64,000 nucleotides of DNA. Source: Macrostomum lignano (Eukaryota). Location: positions 682,001 to 746,000 of the forward strand of contig NIVC01000152.1 in NCBI GenBank assembly GCA_002269645.1. Direction: 5' to 3'. Below are positions 28,101 to 40,958 of the stretch, in pieces; position 1 is the first letter of the stretch, and every line of letters begins with the position of its first letter. The notes below the pieces were generated by a model that was not told the origin of the DNA, did no database searches, and was given only the letters and a program-made list of their open reading frames with translations. The translations under genes and the position numbers were made by a program.

Positions 28101-31100
28101 TGAATTTTCATTAGAGATTGTCTGTGCGGCGATTAACCAGATAAATATAGACGATTTTGGTTAATACCAAAACTAGATCAGTGCAATGGCAGACTTGTTC
28201 AGTATGCATCCCTAGCTGTGTTGAATAATGCGAGCGCGCTACGACAACTTAGCTATGCACCACAGATACTGAAATATCTAGATGGCGGCCACTCAGGCAT
28301 ATATACTTAGCAAAACAGCTTTCTACTTTCAGTTCAGTAGCAAAGAAGAATACATAAGTTATTTTATAAAATACATGTAAAGGCGGCTGAAATGACTTTG
28401 ATAAGTTTAGAAGCCCAAGCTTGGAGGTGTAAACAGCTTGCTAATTGGTTCAGCAGTTTTAGGCTGCCAATTAGAAATTGGGGCGGGGTGGGGGATAGTA
28501 TGTGGAAAGGCGCGCTTGGAGGGTTTAAGCTGGGGGGTAAGAGCCAATAAATGAGCCTTGGCTTTAAAAATACAAAAAATGTTTCTGTTAAACTTACTAC
28601 TGAACTGAAAGTAGCTTGCATGCAAATGTGCTGAGTGACCATCTAGTTATTCTATTATCTGTGCTATACACTAAACAAATGCATTTTATTGCATTTAGCC
28701 CAGCCCAGATGCCATTATTCCACACTTATTCCATGCTAATGCAAAGATGCAAAGGGGTGGATAGTATAATAAATGCGGGAAAGCAGTCACGGATGACATA
28801 TTTGTACATGGGTAAATGTACATTGGGGAGCAACTGTGGAATAATGGCCAACACAAATTGCTATTGTGCCTGGGTGAAAGTATATTTATAATGTCCATTT
28901 GAAATTATTTATAGTGCAATTAGCGAACCGCACTACTGATCTATTGCTGAGCAGTAGTTAGAACGCATTCTGCCAGTTAAGGAATTATGTAATGTAGCAA
29001 AACAGAAGTTCACGTTTTTGGCACTTGGTATACATGTTAATGGATAGCCAACAAAACACATTGGCATAATCGCTGGGCTCGAGACAGAAGAGATGCATAA
29101 AAGGATATTTAAAAAATCGATATTTTATTCAGTAGGCTTAACGGACACTAGCTAGATTAGCAATCCGTTCGATTTATCTATCCATAAACTATAGATTGTC
29201 AATCCATTCTACTCCTTTATTCATAGACGATAGATTAGCAATCCATTCTACACCTTTATTCAAAGACGATAGATTAGCAATCCATTCTACACCTTTATTC
29301 AAGACGATAGATTAGCAATCCATTCTACACCTTTATTCAAGACGATAGATTAGCAATCCATTCTACACCTTTATTCAAGACGATAGATTAGCAATCCATT
29401 CTACACCTTTATTCATAGACGATAGATTAGCAATCCATTCTACACCTTTATTCAAAGACGATAGATTAGCAATCCATTCTACACCTATTCATAGACGATA
29501 GATTAGCAATCCATTCTACACCTTTATTCATAGACGATAGATTAGCAATCCATTCTACACCTTTATTCATAGACGATAGATTAGCAATCCATTCTACACC
29601 TTTATTCATAGACGATAGATTAGCAATCCATTCTACACCTTTATTCATAGACGATAGATTAGCAATCCATTCTACACCTTCCAGAATATTCATGGTATAT
29701 ATTGTCAAGAACCTACAGAGACGGAGGCAGTGCTATGCTAAGAAGATACAGATAATTAATGTTAGAAGACAAACCAGTTGACAATAGTATATCGCATTAA
29801 TCGATGCTACTTAAATCAGTCAGTAGTATATATAGCATATGTTATTCATATTCCACTGGCCTGCCAGAAGATTTTTACCAATTTTCACACTGCGCATAAG
29901 AAAAGTCAGGTGCTTAATTTAAAACTCAACCTGAGTCCGCGCTGGCTGGAGCCCGGCGACCTACAATCGTCGGTTTATTATTTTTTCGATGAGGTGTCAA
30001 TGGTGAGAAAAGTGATGTCAGACGCATTTACCTTAGATTTAAAGTTTAACATCCACTTTCTACAAGTGTTCTATAAAAAAACCTACTGGTGTTTCAAAGT
30101 CTTCTTTTATAAAGTACAAAAAAACGGGTGAGTGAAAATTTTGTGAAATCTGGAAATGCAAAAGTAATATTTCCCGAAGCTGCTGTGAGCAGTAAGTAGT
30201 ATTAGTAGTTTGTTTTTGCATCATTTCTTACAGTAGGATATACGAGTAGCTACTACGGTTTCTCGCCGGAAACTTCTACAAGCTACAATTCCAAAGTTGA
30301 AGTCGTTACCATGACAACTCACCGTCTCGTAGGCGCCGATTGCCTTTGGCGCTGGAGGGTCGCTGCATTCTGTTCGGGCTGCCCTCGTCATCTTTGGAGC
30401 CTTTTTGGCCGCTGCCACCGTCGCCGCCTTCATTGCCCGCCTGCGGATTATGGATTAAAGATCTGCCTGTCAATGCTGTACAGACCTGCAAGTCAATGCT
30501 GTAAGATGTCTGTGTATACTTCAAGTAGATGTCAATAATGCATTTATGAGTGCATGTAGATCTGTCTGAGTGTGTAAGTTCTGAATCACTGCATGTGTCT
30601 ATCTGTCTGTCAAGCTTTGATATGCAATTGTCTAATACCTACATGCCAAGCACCTCAGCATGCAGTGCACAGTTCACGCGTAGGTAATTTTACAACATCA
30701 GTGAAAGTAGATAAATATAGAAAATGCAGACAATTGCAATGCAGAAAACTTTCACCTGAAAATGTGTACAGTACACGTACATGTGGAACAATTTACACAG
30801 TTTACACAGTACATTATACTTATGTAATTACTTTACACAGTAAAATAATTTTTAATTGAAAATCAAAAACACTAGCAGCACTAAGTGTTTTAAACTAAAA
30901 GACAATGACCTAATGGGTAGTTAATATGAAAAGCTACCAGTACAAGAATGGGGTAAGTATATTATAATAGAAGATAATAGGAAATTAATGAATAGGATAA
31001 GACTAATAGAGACCACAGGTCATCAAACACTGGATTGAGTCGCTCCATTTTATAGCAATGCAACTTGACAAACTTCTGCTTTCAGTAACTTCAACTTTAT

Positions 31101-34100
31101 GGCATAGTAGGAAGGGCAAATCGCGTCACATCCGTCAGTTTTGGCCATGGGCAAAAATCTGGAACTATACTAGTTCCAGTGTTAGTTCCATGCTAGCTCC
31201 ATACTAGTTCCATGCTAGCTCCATGCTAGTTACATGCTAGTTCCATGCTAGTTCCATGCTAGCTCCATGCTAGTTCCATGCTAGTTGCATGCTAGTTCAT
31301 GCTAGTTCCATGCTAGCTCCATGCTAGTTCCATGCTAGTTCCATGCTAGTTCCATGCTAGTTCCATGCTAGCTCCATGCTAGTTACATTCTAGTTCCATG
31401 CTAGTTCCATGCTAGTTACATGCTAGTTCCATGCTAGTTACATGCTAGTTCCATGCTAGTTCCATGCTAGTTGCATGCTAGTTGCATGCTAGTTACATGC
31501 TAGCTCCATGGTAGTTACATGCTAGTTCCATGCTAGCTCCATGCTAGCTCCATGCTAGTTCCATGCTAGTTCCATGCTAGTTGCTATTTCCATGCTAGTT
31601 ACATGCTAGCATGTTAGCTCCATGCAAGAATTAACGAAATAAACTCTAAAAAAAATGGAGCGACCCAGCTGTTGTTTTTGATGTCTGTGGCAGAGACAGG
31701 GAGAAATGAATTGCATAAATGTAATAAACAGAGCACGGTTGAAAATAAAATCAAGAATGAAGACTTTGATAACAAATAAACTTAAGAGTAAAATACAGAG
31801 ATTGGCGATAATCCGAGGATGCTGCTCAGTCACAATCAAGGACTCTTCTAAGTAGAAGAAGCGGCAATCTTATCGGTAAAACTTAATGGATTTCGATTTT
31901 CGACAGTTGTTTTTAATATCTCTGACTTAGAACCTTGCTTGCGGTGAAAGTTTCTCAGAACTATGACTAACTAAAGCTAAACATGTCTTGAGAGTGGCCA
32001 ATCCTTCAACAATAGAAGTCCTTGAGTGTTTGTGACATGAGCTACGATGGCTGTGTCACAAGTTCGCTGACAAGTGCTCGATGTCATAAGTGGTACCTCT
32101 GCCACAATCTGCCACATCTGCTGCTAAAGATAAAGAAACAGGCTGGAATTCTACAGCAGTGTGTCTGCACTAAATTCCGCAATCTACCAGTGGGGATAAA
32201 CGACCCCCAGGAATTCTTTGCCCAGGAAAGTGTGTTCAGATGAAGGGCAATTATGTGACAAGACTCGGCACTGCTTGCTTTTACAATAGGCTGTTTTGTC
32301 TTTCTCGCTGCGAGAAAGTGGTTGTAGTTTAGTGGTTTGAGCATCGGACTCACGACTTGAAGGTCGGGGTTCGATTCCAGATCCCACTGGAACCATTTGT
32401 GTCCTTGAGCAAGACACTTAACTCTGCATTGCTTCAGTTCACCCAGCTGTAAAATGGGTGCCAGCATTTGCTTGGGTCATTGAGGATGTGTGTGGCGACC
32501 CCCAGTCCTTGGACTGAACAGCCGTACGCAGCCTTCAGATGCGCCGCGCGATAGCTGCGGCTGAGCTGTCGGTTGCACATCTGGCCCAATTGGGGCAGGT
32601 GTAATCAACATTATTATTATTTGTCCACGAACTTATGACTCAGCCTTCGTATAGTATAAGTGAGGTCAATTTAGAAGCCAAAGTGACCCTAGCTAAAAGA
32701 TTAGAACCAGCTTGCTGGAAGTCGACTGTTGGGGCACCAACCGGCTGCGACCTCGCCTCTGCAGCGGAGCCCTGACGGGAGCTGGGCTGCGAAGCTCCAC
32801 CGCCTTCGTCCGTCCGTATGCCGTCGTCGTCGCGTTGTTGCTAACGGGAATATTCGCAAGCAAAGCCGCTGTACTGACTGAGAACTCTGAACTACTCATG
32901 TTTGCGTGCACAATCGTGTAAATCATTTCACTGTGAAGCATAACTGTGAAGCTCAATTATAAAATACCATTTGCATCAGAGCGGTAAAACACAGTGCACT
33001 GTGCGGGCATTGGGCAACTGAAGCTGAAGGACGCTGCACTTGATTTTCTTAGAAATGAGTTGATTAGCTTCTAGAGAACGCATAGCGTTGAATGGGGTTT
33101 TACCATAGACTTCGCACTGGTGATGCGAAAAATGCACGTTCCTTACCGGCCTCCAGCTGATTTCTAAGTAAACCGAGTGTAGCTTCCTTGATCTACTTCA
33201 GTTGTGCATGCGTGAGGGCTCACAATCTAAAGCTAACAACAAATGCTTTTTCTTCTCTACATGCATTGTTTTTTTGCTTCTCTACTCTTTCAAAGGCTTT
33301 ACAATAGCCTGGCGCAGTGATTCAAGCTGGTTACCTTAGAAGCCGAGATGGCGGCGCCCCGGCAGGGGGAGCTGAGGGCGCCGGCGCCGCCGCCGATTTT
33401 TTTGTCGACTTGTCGACGGGCTTGTTGACAATGGGCTGTTTGGGCTTTTCTCGCTGCGTGCGAATTTTTTTTTAGTTTGTTATTCCAGTTTTATGGGGCC
33501 GATTGTAATCTAGTGGAAAATATTATTAATTAGAGATTTATTTAACCCGAGCTATCGCCTCTCTGAAGAGCGGCTCACCTTATCCTTATCGTCGCCTCGT
33601 CCTCGCTTCCGGTCTTTGTCGTCGTCTTTTTCGCCTCGACCTCGGTCTCTCTCTTTCCCTCTGCTATCTCTACTCTCCCGTTCTTTGCCTTTTTCTCGCT
33701 CTCGCTCTTTGTCTTTTTCTCTCTCCCGGTCTTTGTCCTTCTCTCGCTCTCTGTCTTTGCCTTTCTCTCGCTCTCGCTCTTTGTCTTTTTCTCTCTCCCG
33801 GTCTTTGTCCTTCTCTCGCTCTCTGTCTTTGCCTTTCTCACGTTCTCGGTCTTTGTCCTTCTCCCGCTCTTTGTCCCGCTCCTTCTCCCTGTCGCGGCTT
33901 CTGTCCTTTCCGCCCTCGTCCCGGCCCCGCTTCTTGTCCCGGCTGCCTTCGTCCGGTTTGTCGTCTTTGCGCCGCTCTTTGCTGCCGCCGCCGTCCTCGC
34001 GCGATGGCTTTTTAGAGGAGCCTCCCGTCGACGCCGCCGGGCCCTCGCCGTTGAGGACGCGCTTGACGAAATCGGCGTTATTTGCCTGCGGGGAAAGGCG

Positions 34101-34676
34101 TAGGTTCATGGACGACTAAAGCACTCGGAAATCGTGCAAATTTGCAAGGAGGCCAGCTTTCGATTCCCTGCATTCGTCATTCCCTACATATAGTTGAATC
34201 GAACCTTTTTGCCAATAGCAGCCGCAAGGTCCTGCAGAAACGCGTTGGTCTTTTCGGCCTCCTTGCCAGCCACAATTGCGGACGGTTTCACCACCACCTC
34301 TTTGCCGTTGACCAGCCCTGGATTGGGTTGGAGGCGAAGTTTTTACAAATGGATTGTGCAGACCTGATATTGGTTTACAGAATCGTTTCTAAAGCTCCAA
34401 ATACTTAATATTTGGCTACTCACCAACCATGCGGATCACCTTGTCCAGGTACGCCATTTTTGAGTCGCGATCCTTGAAACTGTCGGGGTTCATCTCGGGC
34501 CCGGTGAACAGGCCCTCCATAAAACCTGTGCTCTTCATCACTGCCGTGAAGATGTCGTGCAGATACTTGAACGGCGGCCGGCCCAGCAATTTTTCTGTTA
34601 GCGGCGGTCGCTTCACATATTTGCCAAGCGAGCTCTGTGTGGCCTTGATCACTGCTGCACTCACCTCTTCAGCCAT
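25101..34676 (-). CDS. TRAF3IP1: TRAF3-interacting protein 1 / IFT54 (MIP-T3), IFT-B component
   Basis: Exons 34676-34424, 34317-34205, 34085-33579, 32840-(end uncertain), 30440-30323, 28047-27999, ~26958-26413, 25257-25101. N-terminal CH-like domain (LGKYVKRPPLTEKLLGRPPFKYLHDIF...KPSAIVAGKEAEKTNAFLQ), K/E/R/D-rich middle, RPSSAKG, DDQFVVEEAP, HGGLVKEML, NPLGKVIDYVQEDLDSM and C-terminal coiled coil VKANIVRNDERISKMI are all family hallmarks. An alternative upstream ATG lies at 34718. Confidence 0.93.
25278..25462. repeat. 24-bp minisatellite next to the last TRAF3IP1 acceptor
   Basis: Unit gtggcttcaggggctggtgggtgc. Confidence 0.93.
25495..26378. repeat. ~20-bp minisatellite (GGATCAGGGAATATTT..) in the last TRAF3IP1 intron
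   Basis: Directly visible, variant units. Confidence 0.95.
27010..27492. repeat. Degenerate GGGTATTT-based array with a ~200-bp higher-order duplication
   Basis: The block starting ggagggtattttt recurs about 200 bp later. Confidence 0.85.
27710..27925 (+). mobile_element. tRNA-derived SINE copy (same family as ~3.3 kb and ~39.2 kb)
   Basis: B-box-like ggtttgattcc and 3' segment cgacgattagaaagtcagggctgctgtacaccctgtgtgagcg, closely matching the reverse complement of 39125-39175. Confidence 0.55.
28261..28663. mobile_element. MITE-like element with ~85-bp imperfect inverted arms, in a TRAF3IP1 intron
   Basis: cacagata...ctagatgg..cactcag...ctactttcagttcagtag is mirrored by ctactgaactgaaagtag...ctgagtgaccatctag...tatctgtg. 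Confidence 0.6.
29150..29680. repeat. 39-bp minisatellite (TRAF3IP1 intron)
   Basis: Unit agacgatagattagcaatccattctacacctttattcat. Confidence 0.96.
31170..31622. repeat. 11-bp minisatellite (CCATGCTAGTT)n (TRAF3IP1 intron)
   Basis: Directly visible. Confidence 0.96.
32318..32622 (+). mobile_element. tRNA-derived CORE-SINE (MIR-like core)
   Basis: A-box gtagtttagtggt and B-box ggttcgattcc, followed by gtgtccttgagcaagacacttaactctgcattgcttcagttcacccagctgtaaaatggg, which resembles the MIR core (gtgaccttgggcaagtcacttaacctctctgagcctcagtttcctcatctgtaaaatggg). Ends in an (ATT)n tail. Confidence 0.8.
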
Positions 34677-35407
34677 GTCGCATGAAGTCAGAGCGTTCGA
34701 TAGGTTCGGACTTGACATTTAAGCTATTGTATTAAATGCCTTGTGTGCTATGCATATATAAAAATCTAGCAAGTAGCAAAGAAAAAACGAAACTCAAAGA
34801 CAGCTATGCAACTGCTAGTCATCAAGGATATAAACAGCTATCAAATTAGATTAAATTTTAGTATTAGATTAAAAAACAATTTGCGATTATTGGTGCCACC
34901 TGCTAGCATGCTTGAGATCCAATAACAGAAAATTCTAAACATTTACTTTTCAGTCTCCACTTGTATAACAAATTGTCAAAATTTAGTTCTTTTTCTATTG
35001 TGCTCGATTAATTTACCATTAGTGCAGTATATTTTGTGTAATGACTAAAAAAAATTTTCCTTAATAAGAATAAAGAATGAGAAGGGTTGAACAAATAAAA
35101 AATGCTTTATCAAATATATTGTACTAAAATAAAAAAGTTACACTCAGTTTTATTATAAAAATCTTAGTATGTATAAAATTTAATTAACACAATGTATCGC
35201 AGTATTGGCTATTATTTGGTACTTATTTGTTTCTGTCAGTAAATATTTAATGCATTAATTTTAAGTGTTCAAAAAAAAGTTGCAGAAAATTTTTGCTTTA
35301 AGATTGATAAGATTGTTAAAAGAAACCACCGTAAATGATTAAAATATATTATACGAATGGTTGCGGTGATATAATTGAAAAAAATAATTTCATGCAAGAA
35401 AATTCAC

Positions 35408-35562
35408 AGGGGCCGATCCAGGAGGGGGGGAATGGCCAAAAAGGTAAATTTTGTCCATAATTTTTGGCCTGTAATTATGCATGGTTTATTTTTCAATATT
35501 GGGTTGTAGTGCTTGTATAGCTTGCCTGGGCCTCTATCAAAAAATTTCTGGATCCGCTCCTG
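35408..35562. mobile_element. hAT-type MITE, 155 bp, with 8-bp target-site duplication
   Basis: TIRs caggggccgatccagg / tctggatccgctcctg; identical AAAATTCA at 35400-35407 and 35563-35570. Confidence 0.85.
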
Positions 35563-36080
35563 AAAATTCACTATTAAAATTAAATATTGCTTGATTTTTG
35601 CTTTCTATTTGCGACTAAATAAACTGTGAAGTTGGATAATTTAAGTAGTAAATTTTTGAACATGCTATCATTACTACAACATGTTAACCAAATTATAACT
35701 ACTGTTACTGTAGGGCAAAAGTTTCTGTGGCACAATCAAGTCAATCACATCACAGTATCTAAAAAATGAATCGGAATTCCAAAGTTGAAATTGTGCAGTA
35801 AAGCCAAAGTTTTAACTTTCGATGCCATAAACTTTTAACAGTAGTATATAAAGTCGCAAAAATTGTGGAATTTTTTAACTTTAGTAAAATTGCTAAATAA
35901 ATATTTGTCATATGCAGTCTACGCAGTACTGTTCTCACAAGCTTGTTTTAATGCATAAAAATTAAAAAGAATATGCCGGAACGTTAAAGTATACTTCTAT
36001 TTTGCATGCATTGGTTCAGCAACCGATGCTGCCGAGTCGATTAAAGAGCGATTTCGCTAGAACCTTTCGGATGGTTCTGT

Positions 36081-36500
36081 GAGAATTTACCCCGCAGACG
36101 AATTCCCTACGAGATTTGACCGCAGTATTTTGCCCGCGAGCGAATTGCCCACCGAGCTTTTCCCGCCGAGGTTTGACCGCAATGCTGCAGCGTATTTAGC
36201 CACGCGGCAAATGTTGTCTGCGTTGCCTCCATATGCTAAGTAAGTCCTAATAAAGAGATTTAAAGGACAAAGCTAGATGACGTATGCATGAACTAATCGC
36301 TCACAGATGCGTAACCCCTGCTGTATGCATATCGAATTAATTAAACCTACAAGAAAAATATGCATTTGATATCCATGCAGTTACCATCGAAACGTTTTGA
36401 TCAGGTAAATCTCTTTATTAAGACTTACTAAGCATTGCGGCTTGCTTGAAAAGCTCGGCGGGCAAATCTCGGCGGGCGAATCTTCTGTGGGCAAAGTTCA
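36081..36500. mobile_element. MITE-like element related to the 1572-2201 element
   Basis: Starts gagaatttaccccgcag and shares cttttcccgccgaggttt. Inner inverted pair taagtaagtcctaataaagagattt / aaatctctttattaagacttac, with ctcggcgggc motifs on the right. Confidence 0.6.
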
Positions 36501-37621
36501 TTAATTAATTAAACAAAAATATTTTTACAGTAGTCGTACAAGTTTACTGACAAGTACTGATTTGATACAAATATGTCATGCACAATCTCTTTATAATGAG
36601 CCACCTCGAAATCAAGAAAATGTGCCTGATTGGTAAACCTCGATTTTATGATTGAGCATTAAGTACATGTATAAAGTGTATAACGAAATGATATTTCTCT
36701 GTTTTTTATTGAATATGGCATTTCATTTCAAACTACATTTACGGTCATGTGGACAAGCGTTCTTAAAAGACTCGTTGTCGCAATCAATAATTTTTCTTCA
36801 GGGCGCCAAAATATAGCGCCTTCAGCGCCAAAATGAGTGCCCGTGGCGCTAAAATGAGTGCCTGCGGCGTCAAAAGGAGTGCCTGCGCGGTGCCTAAAGG
36901 AGGGCCTGTGGAGCCAAAACGAGTGCCTACGGCGCTAAAATGAGTGCCTGCAGCGTTAAAAGGAATACCTGCGGCGCCAAAATGAGTGCTGACAACACGA
37001 TTCTGAAAATAATGGAAATCTAGGAATTTAGTCATGTACATGTACGTGTTGAATTCTTGGCTTTGTCCCCCCCACCATAAAATCCATGGCGACGCCCCTG
37101 ATACGACTCGTACTATGATATACTTATAATTCACAGTAATCTCTGTTTCTTTTATTGCTCAAGACAAATTTGCTCGTTGCAACGCAATAGCTTACAGATT
37201 TCTCAGATTTTAGAAAAATTAAAAATACGAGTAAGCCAACGCGAGCTACCTACGACTTACGAGTACGGAGCCTTATAAATCAGCTACTATTCACGGGGTC
37301 CGCGCTCTCAAGGTTTGCTAGCATCTCTCAGTCTGAGTCTTACAGCATTTTAAACAAGCTGCAGGTTGAAGCACTCTGTAATACGACAGTTAAGCTTTCA
37401 AACGCAATGTACACTCAAATAAAGCAGCGCCTGCCTAGTAGTTGCTGGGGTGAACAATAACTGTGCCTCGCACTCAGGGTTTCTGTCCTCTCTCCTCCTG
37501 CTCAAACGCGCTACCGTAGCGCCTGAGTCAAAGCTATGTGTAAAAGCAGCCATAGCAAAGGCAACAATAAATACAGCACTAGAAACAAACACCAGAGTCT
37601 AAGACTGCGGCTTGACCCGCG

Positions 37622-39931
37622 ATGAGCAGCAGCAAGCTTGTTTCCTCCGCAATTCTGCTAGCATGGCTTTGGCCCACTCTAGCCGGTGTGCAATGCTATA
37701 ATATCATGTACGGTAGTCCCGAAGAGCGGGCGATTCGCACCTGGACGACCCGGTTGCTAGCCGAGTATTCGACTTCGTCGGACTGTTTGGCTGTGGCTTT
37801 CTCTAGCGTGCCCAATCACCAAGCGATCGGGGTGTTCTGGATTAAACTGATCGGCAGCGGTGCGGCCAGAAATGTTGGACCGATGAATGTCAGCTGGGAG
37901 TTCGCTCAGCACTTTGCTGCTGCAGGGTCGCCGAATGCGAGCTTCACTCTGCTGAAGGTGCCGATGCCACCAGGACTTCGGGATAGTCTGGAGGCCTACA
38001 AGGTTCATCTAAAGCCTCTGATGTACAGGTAAGACACTCAAAGAGGGGCACAGCAGCCCAGCAGTAACTCGAACCCCTGGGCTTGTGCCTTGATTCCATT
38101 TTAGATTTTATAGATGCGGCACAAGTTGACTTTAATAACAATTATAGTTAGCCTGGGCGTGTTGAAACGGCGAGAAACGCACGGCATCCCGCCCGCTGCA
38201 ATAATCTGTGGCCAACTTCAATAAGTAAAAAAACTCGAATGCATATAAGTATCTAGTTAATGTGTTCTACAACTTGTATGTAAATGATAAACGCCGTTTA
38301 ATTCATTATAGTCTATGGTTAGAATATCCTCGGCTGCAATCAATGGTCCTCGGCTCGCTACATACGCTCGCCTCGAGACCATTAAACGCAGCTTCGGACA
38401 TTCTAACCACAGAATGTGAATTAAACGGCGTTTATCATCTAAAGCCTAATAAGCCTAATTTATCATCTAAAGGGGTTATCATTTAATATATGATAAACGC
38501 CGTTTAATTCATTATAGTCTATGGTTAGAATATCCTCGGCTGCAATCAATGGTCCTCGGCTCGCTACGCTCGCCTCGAGACCATTAAACGCAGCTTCGGA
38601 CATTCTAACCACAGAATGTGAATTAAACGGCGTTTATCATATATTAAATTCGATTGCTCCTGATTTCAAGGAGATTATATGATATAATATCCTAGTTTTT
38701 GTTAAAAATTACCACAGACAACACATTCCCGGCTCAGAATAGTACAATTTTTTACCGATTAAATAAGCAATCGTATTTTATATTTTAAAAGTAAAGCTTA
38801 GTGCTGCTTAATAATTCTTAGTATTAGTTACTATTTTTTCAATTCGCAAAATAAGGAGTTTTGGCCATAGACAATTTTAGGATTTTATTATTTCTTTCTT
38901 TGTCTTGTGTGCTGGTGTGCTAATGTGGGGGCTCAGCGCCCCCTTGACCCCGCTTTCTTCTGACTTTGCCATAGACATTTTCAGCGGGCCGTGAAACCGA
39001 TTGAATGCATTGGAGTAAATAAGATTTTACCATAGACAGTCTCAGCGGCCCGTGAAACGTGGTTTCACGCCCGCTAACTATAACACTAATATGGATGAGC
39101 CGCTTCGGGCAGAAACGAGCTAACACACGCTCACACAGGGTGCACTGCGGCCCTGACTTTCTAAATCGTCAGGCATGTGCACTCTCTGTGCCTTATGGGT
39201 TTGACTCTCATGTGTTTGCGGAATCGAACCAGTCATCCCGTGGCGCGAGAGTCAGATGCATTTACCGCTGAGCTGCTCTACCCCCCCCCCTTTTAACTTG
39301 CCATCGTGACTCATCGAACTCGATGCAATTGCACTATCCATACCACAGGAACAACACCGAAGTAATTTCCATGGTCCCGTATTCCAAGCTGCAGCCTCAG
39401 TGTCACGTGACCTTCTCGCGAAGAGCGGCGCTTCCGCAACGTCTGTCCTTGTCTTCGGCACCGTCGGCCGACTGCGCCAGCCGGTGGGGCGATCGGCCAG
39501 CTTCCCTAGACGAGGCCTTCAGACGGTTGAAACTGCGAGTTGCAGACGACGGCTGCTGTCTGTCCCGCTTTGGAGTCGAATTGCCGCAGCCGCTCGTTGA
39601 CGCCGGCAGTGACAACTCTCCGCGGTCTCTGCCGGCGGCCCCTCATTTGGCAATGGTTGGCGCGGCGGCCGCTACAGCCGGAGTTGCCGCCTCCCTCCTG
39701 GCCGCCTGCTGCGCCCTGGCCGCTGCGCGAGCTCGGCGGCTTCTTCGCCGGAAGCGAATCGCCTTAGCGCCTTCCGGGGCGCCCTACAGCCTCCTGACGG
39801 CGCACTGCCGGTCTGTGCACACCAAGGAGCCGCTGCTGAACCAGGGCATGGCCTACCGAGTATGCATGCTGCGCTGGGACTTCACCAGTCTGTGCAGAGC
39901 CTTGCTCAGACCCGTGTGGCTGCGGCTGTGA
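37622..39931 (+). CDS. Uncharacterised type-I single-pass membrane protein, 2 exons, ~329 aa
   Basis: Exon 1 37622-38028 has a signal peptide (MSSSKLVSSAILLAWLWPTLAG) and an AG/GTAAG donor. It joins in phase 2 to 39349-39931 (acceptor taccacag), which carries a hydrophobic TM (VGAAAATAGVAASLLAACCALAAA) followed by a basic stop-transfer stretch (RARRLLRRKR). No family recognised. Confidence 0.7.
38284..38438. mobile_element. 155-bp palindromic MITE, copy 1
   Basis: Perfect 22-bp TIR atgataaacgccgtttaattca / tgaattaaacggcgtttatcat, extending imperfectly to about 45 bp. Confidence 0.8.
38490..38640. mobile_element. 151-bp palindromic MITE, copy 2
   Basis: Same element 206 bp downstream, lacking one CATA. 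Confidence 0.8.
39115..39279 (-). mobile_element. tRNA-derived SINE, best-preserved copy of the second family
   Basis: Minus strand: agagcagctcagcggtaaatgcatctgactc...ggttcgattcc (A and B boxes), then agaaagtcagggccgcagtgcaccctgtgtgagcg. Confidence 0.7.
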
Positions 39932-40071
39932 CAAAACCTCACTCGACATTGTTTGCTAATTTGTAAAAATATTAATGCAGCTCTGACTTCCGGTTGCGAG
40001 CGGAAGTTCACTTTGGCTTTGTTCTTGATTCTTTGCTGAACCAATGGATGGTGCATCGATTGAGCAGTCTT

Positions 40072-40727
40072 GAACACACCAACAGGTTTAAAACACACCA
40101 ACAGGTTTTAAACACACCAACAGGTTTTAAACACACCAACAGGTTTTAAACACACCAACAGGTTTTAAGCACACCAACCGGTTTTAAACACACCAACAGG
40201 TTTTAAACACACCAACAGGTTTTAAACACACCAACCGGTTTTAAACACACCAACCAGTTTTAAACACACCAACCGGTTTTAAACACACCAACAGGTTTTA
40301 AACACACCAACAGGTTTTAAACACACCAACCGGTTTTAAACACACCAACCGGTTTTAAACACACCAACAGGTTTTAAACACACCAACAGGTTTTAAACAC
40401 ACCAACAGGTTTTAAACACACCAACCGGTTTTAAGCACACCAACAGGTTTTAAACACACCAACAGGTTTTAAACACACCAACAGGTTTTAAACACACCAA
40501 CCGGTTTTAAACACACCAACAGGTTTTAAACACACCAACAGGTTTTAAACACACCAACAGGTTTTAAACACACCAACAGGTTTTAAACACACCAACAGGT
40601 TTTAAACACACCAACAGGTTTTAAACACACCAACAGGTTTTAAACACACCAACAGGTTTTAAACACACCAACCGGTTTTAAACATACCAACCGGTTTTAA
40701 ACACAAAAACCAGTTTTATACACACCA
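40072..40727. repeat. 19-bp minisatellite (AACAGGTTTTAAACACACC)n
   Basis: Period 19, about 34 copies. Confidence 0.97.
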
Positions 40728-40958
40728 ACGACTCCCTAACCTTAGCTTTAGGTAAATTCTACTATTTAGTGCTTGAAACTATTCCCACAAGAAGGAAGAA
40801 GAATCTGAACTGATCAGGATTCCTGATTGGCTCAGCCAGTTGAACTGCATGCGGAGCTGGGAAAGCATTAATAAGAGCAACGCTTGCAAAATTTCTGTAA
40901 TAAGAAAACTCTTAACATATAGATTCATCAAATAGGACCAAATCTACGTATACTGATT

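Noticed and set aside
39215-39279. tRNA gene (also 32318-32385)
   Set aside because: A and B boxes are present but no complete cloverleaf, and each is fused to a dispersed-repeat body, so treated as SINE heads.
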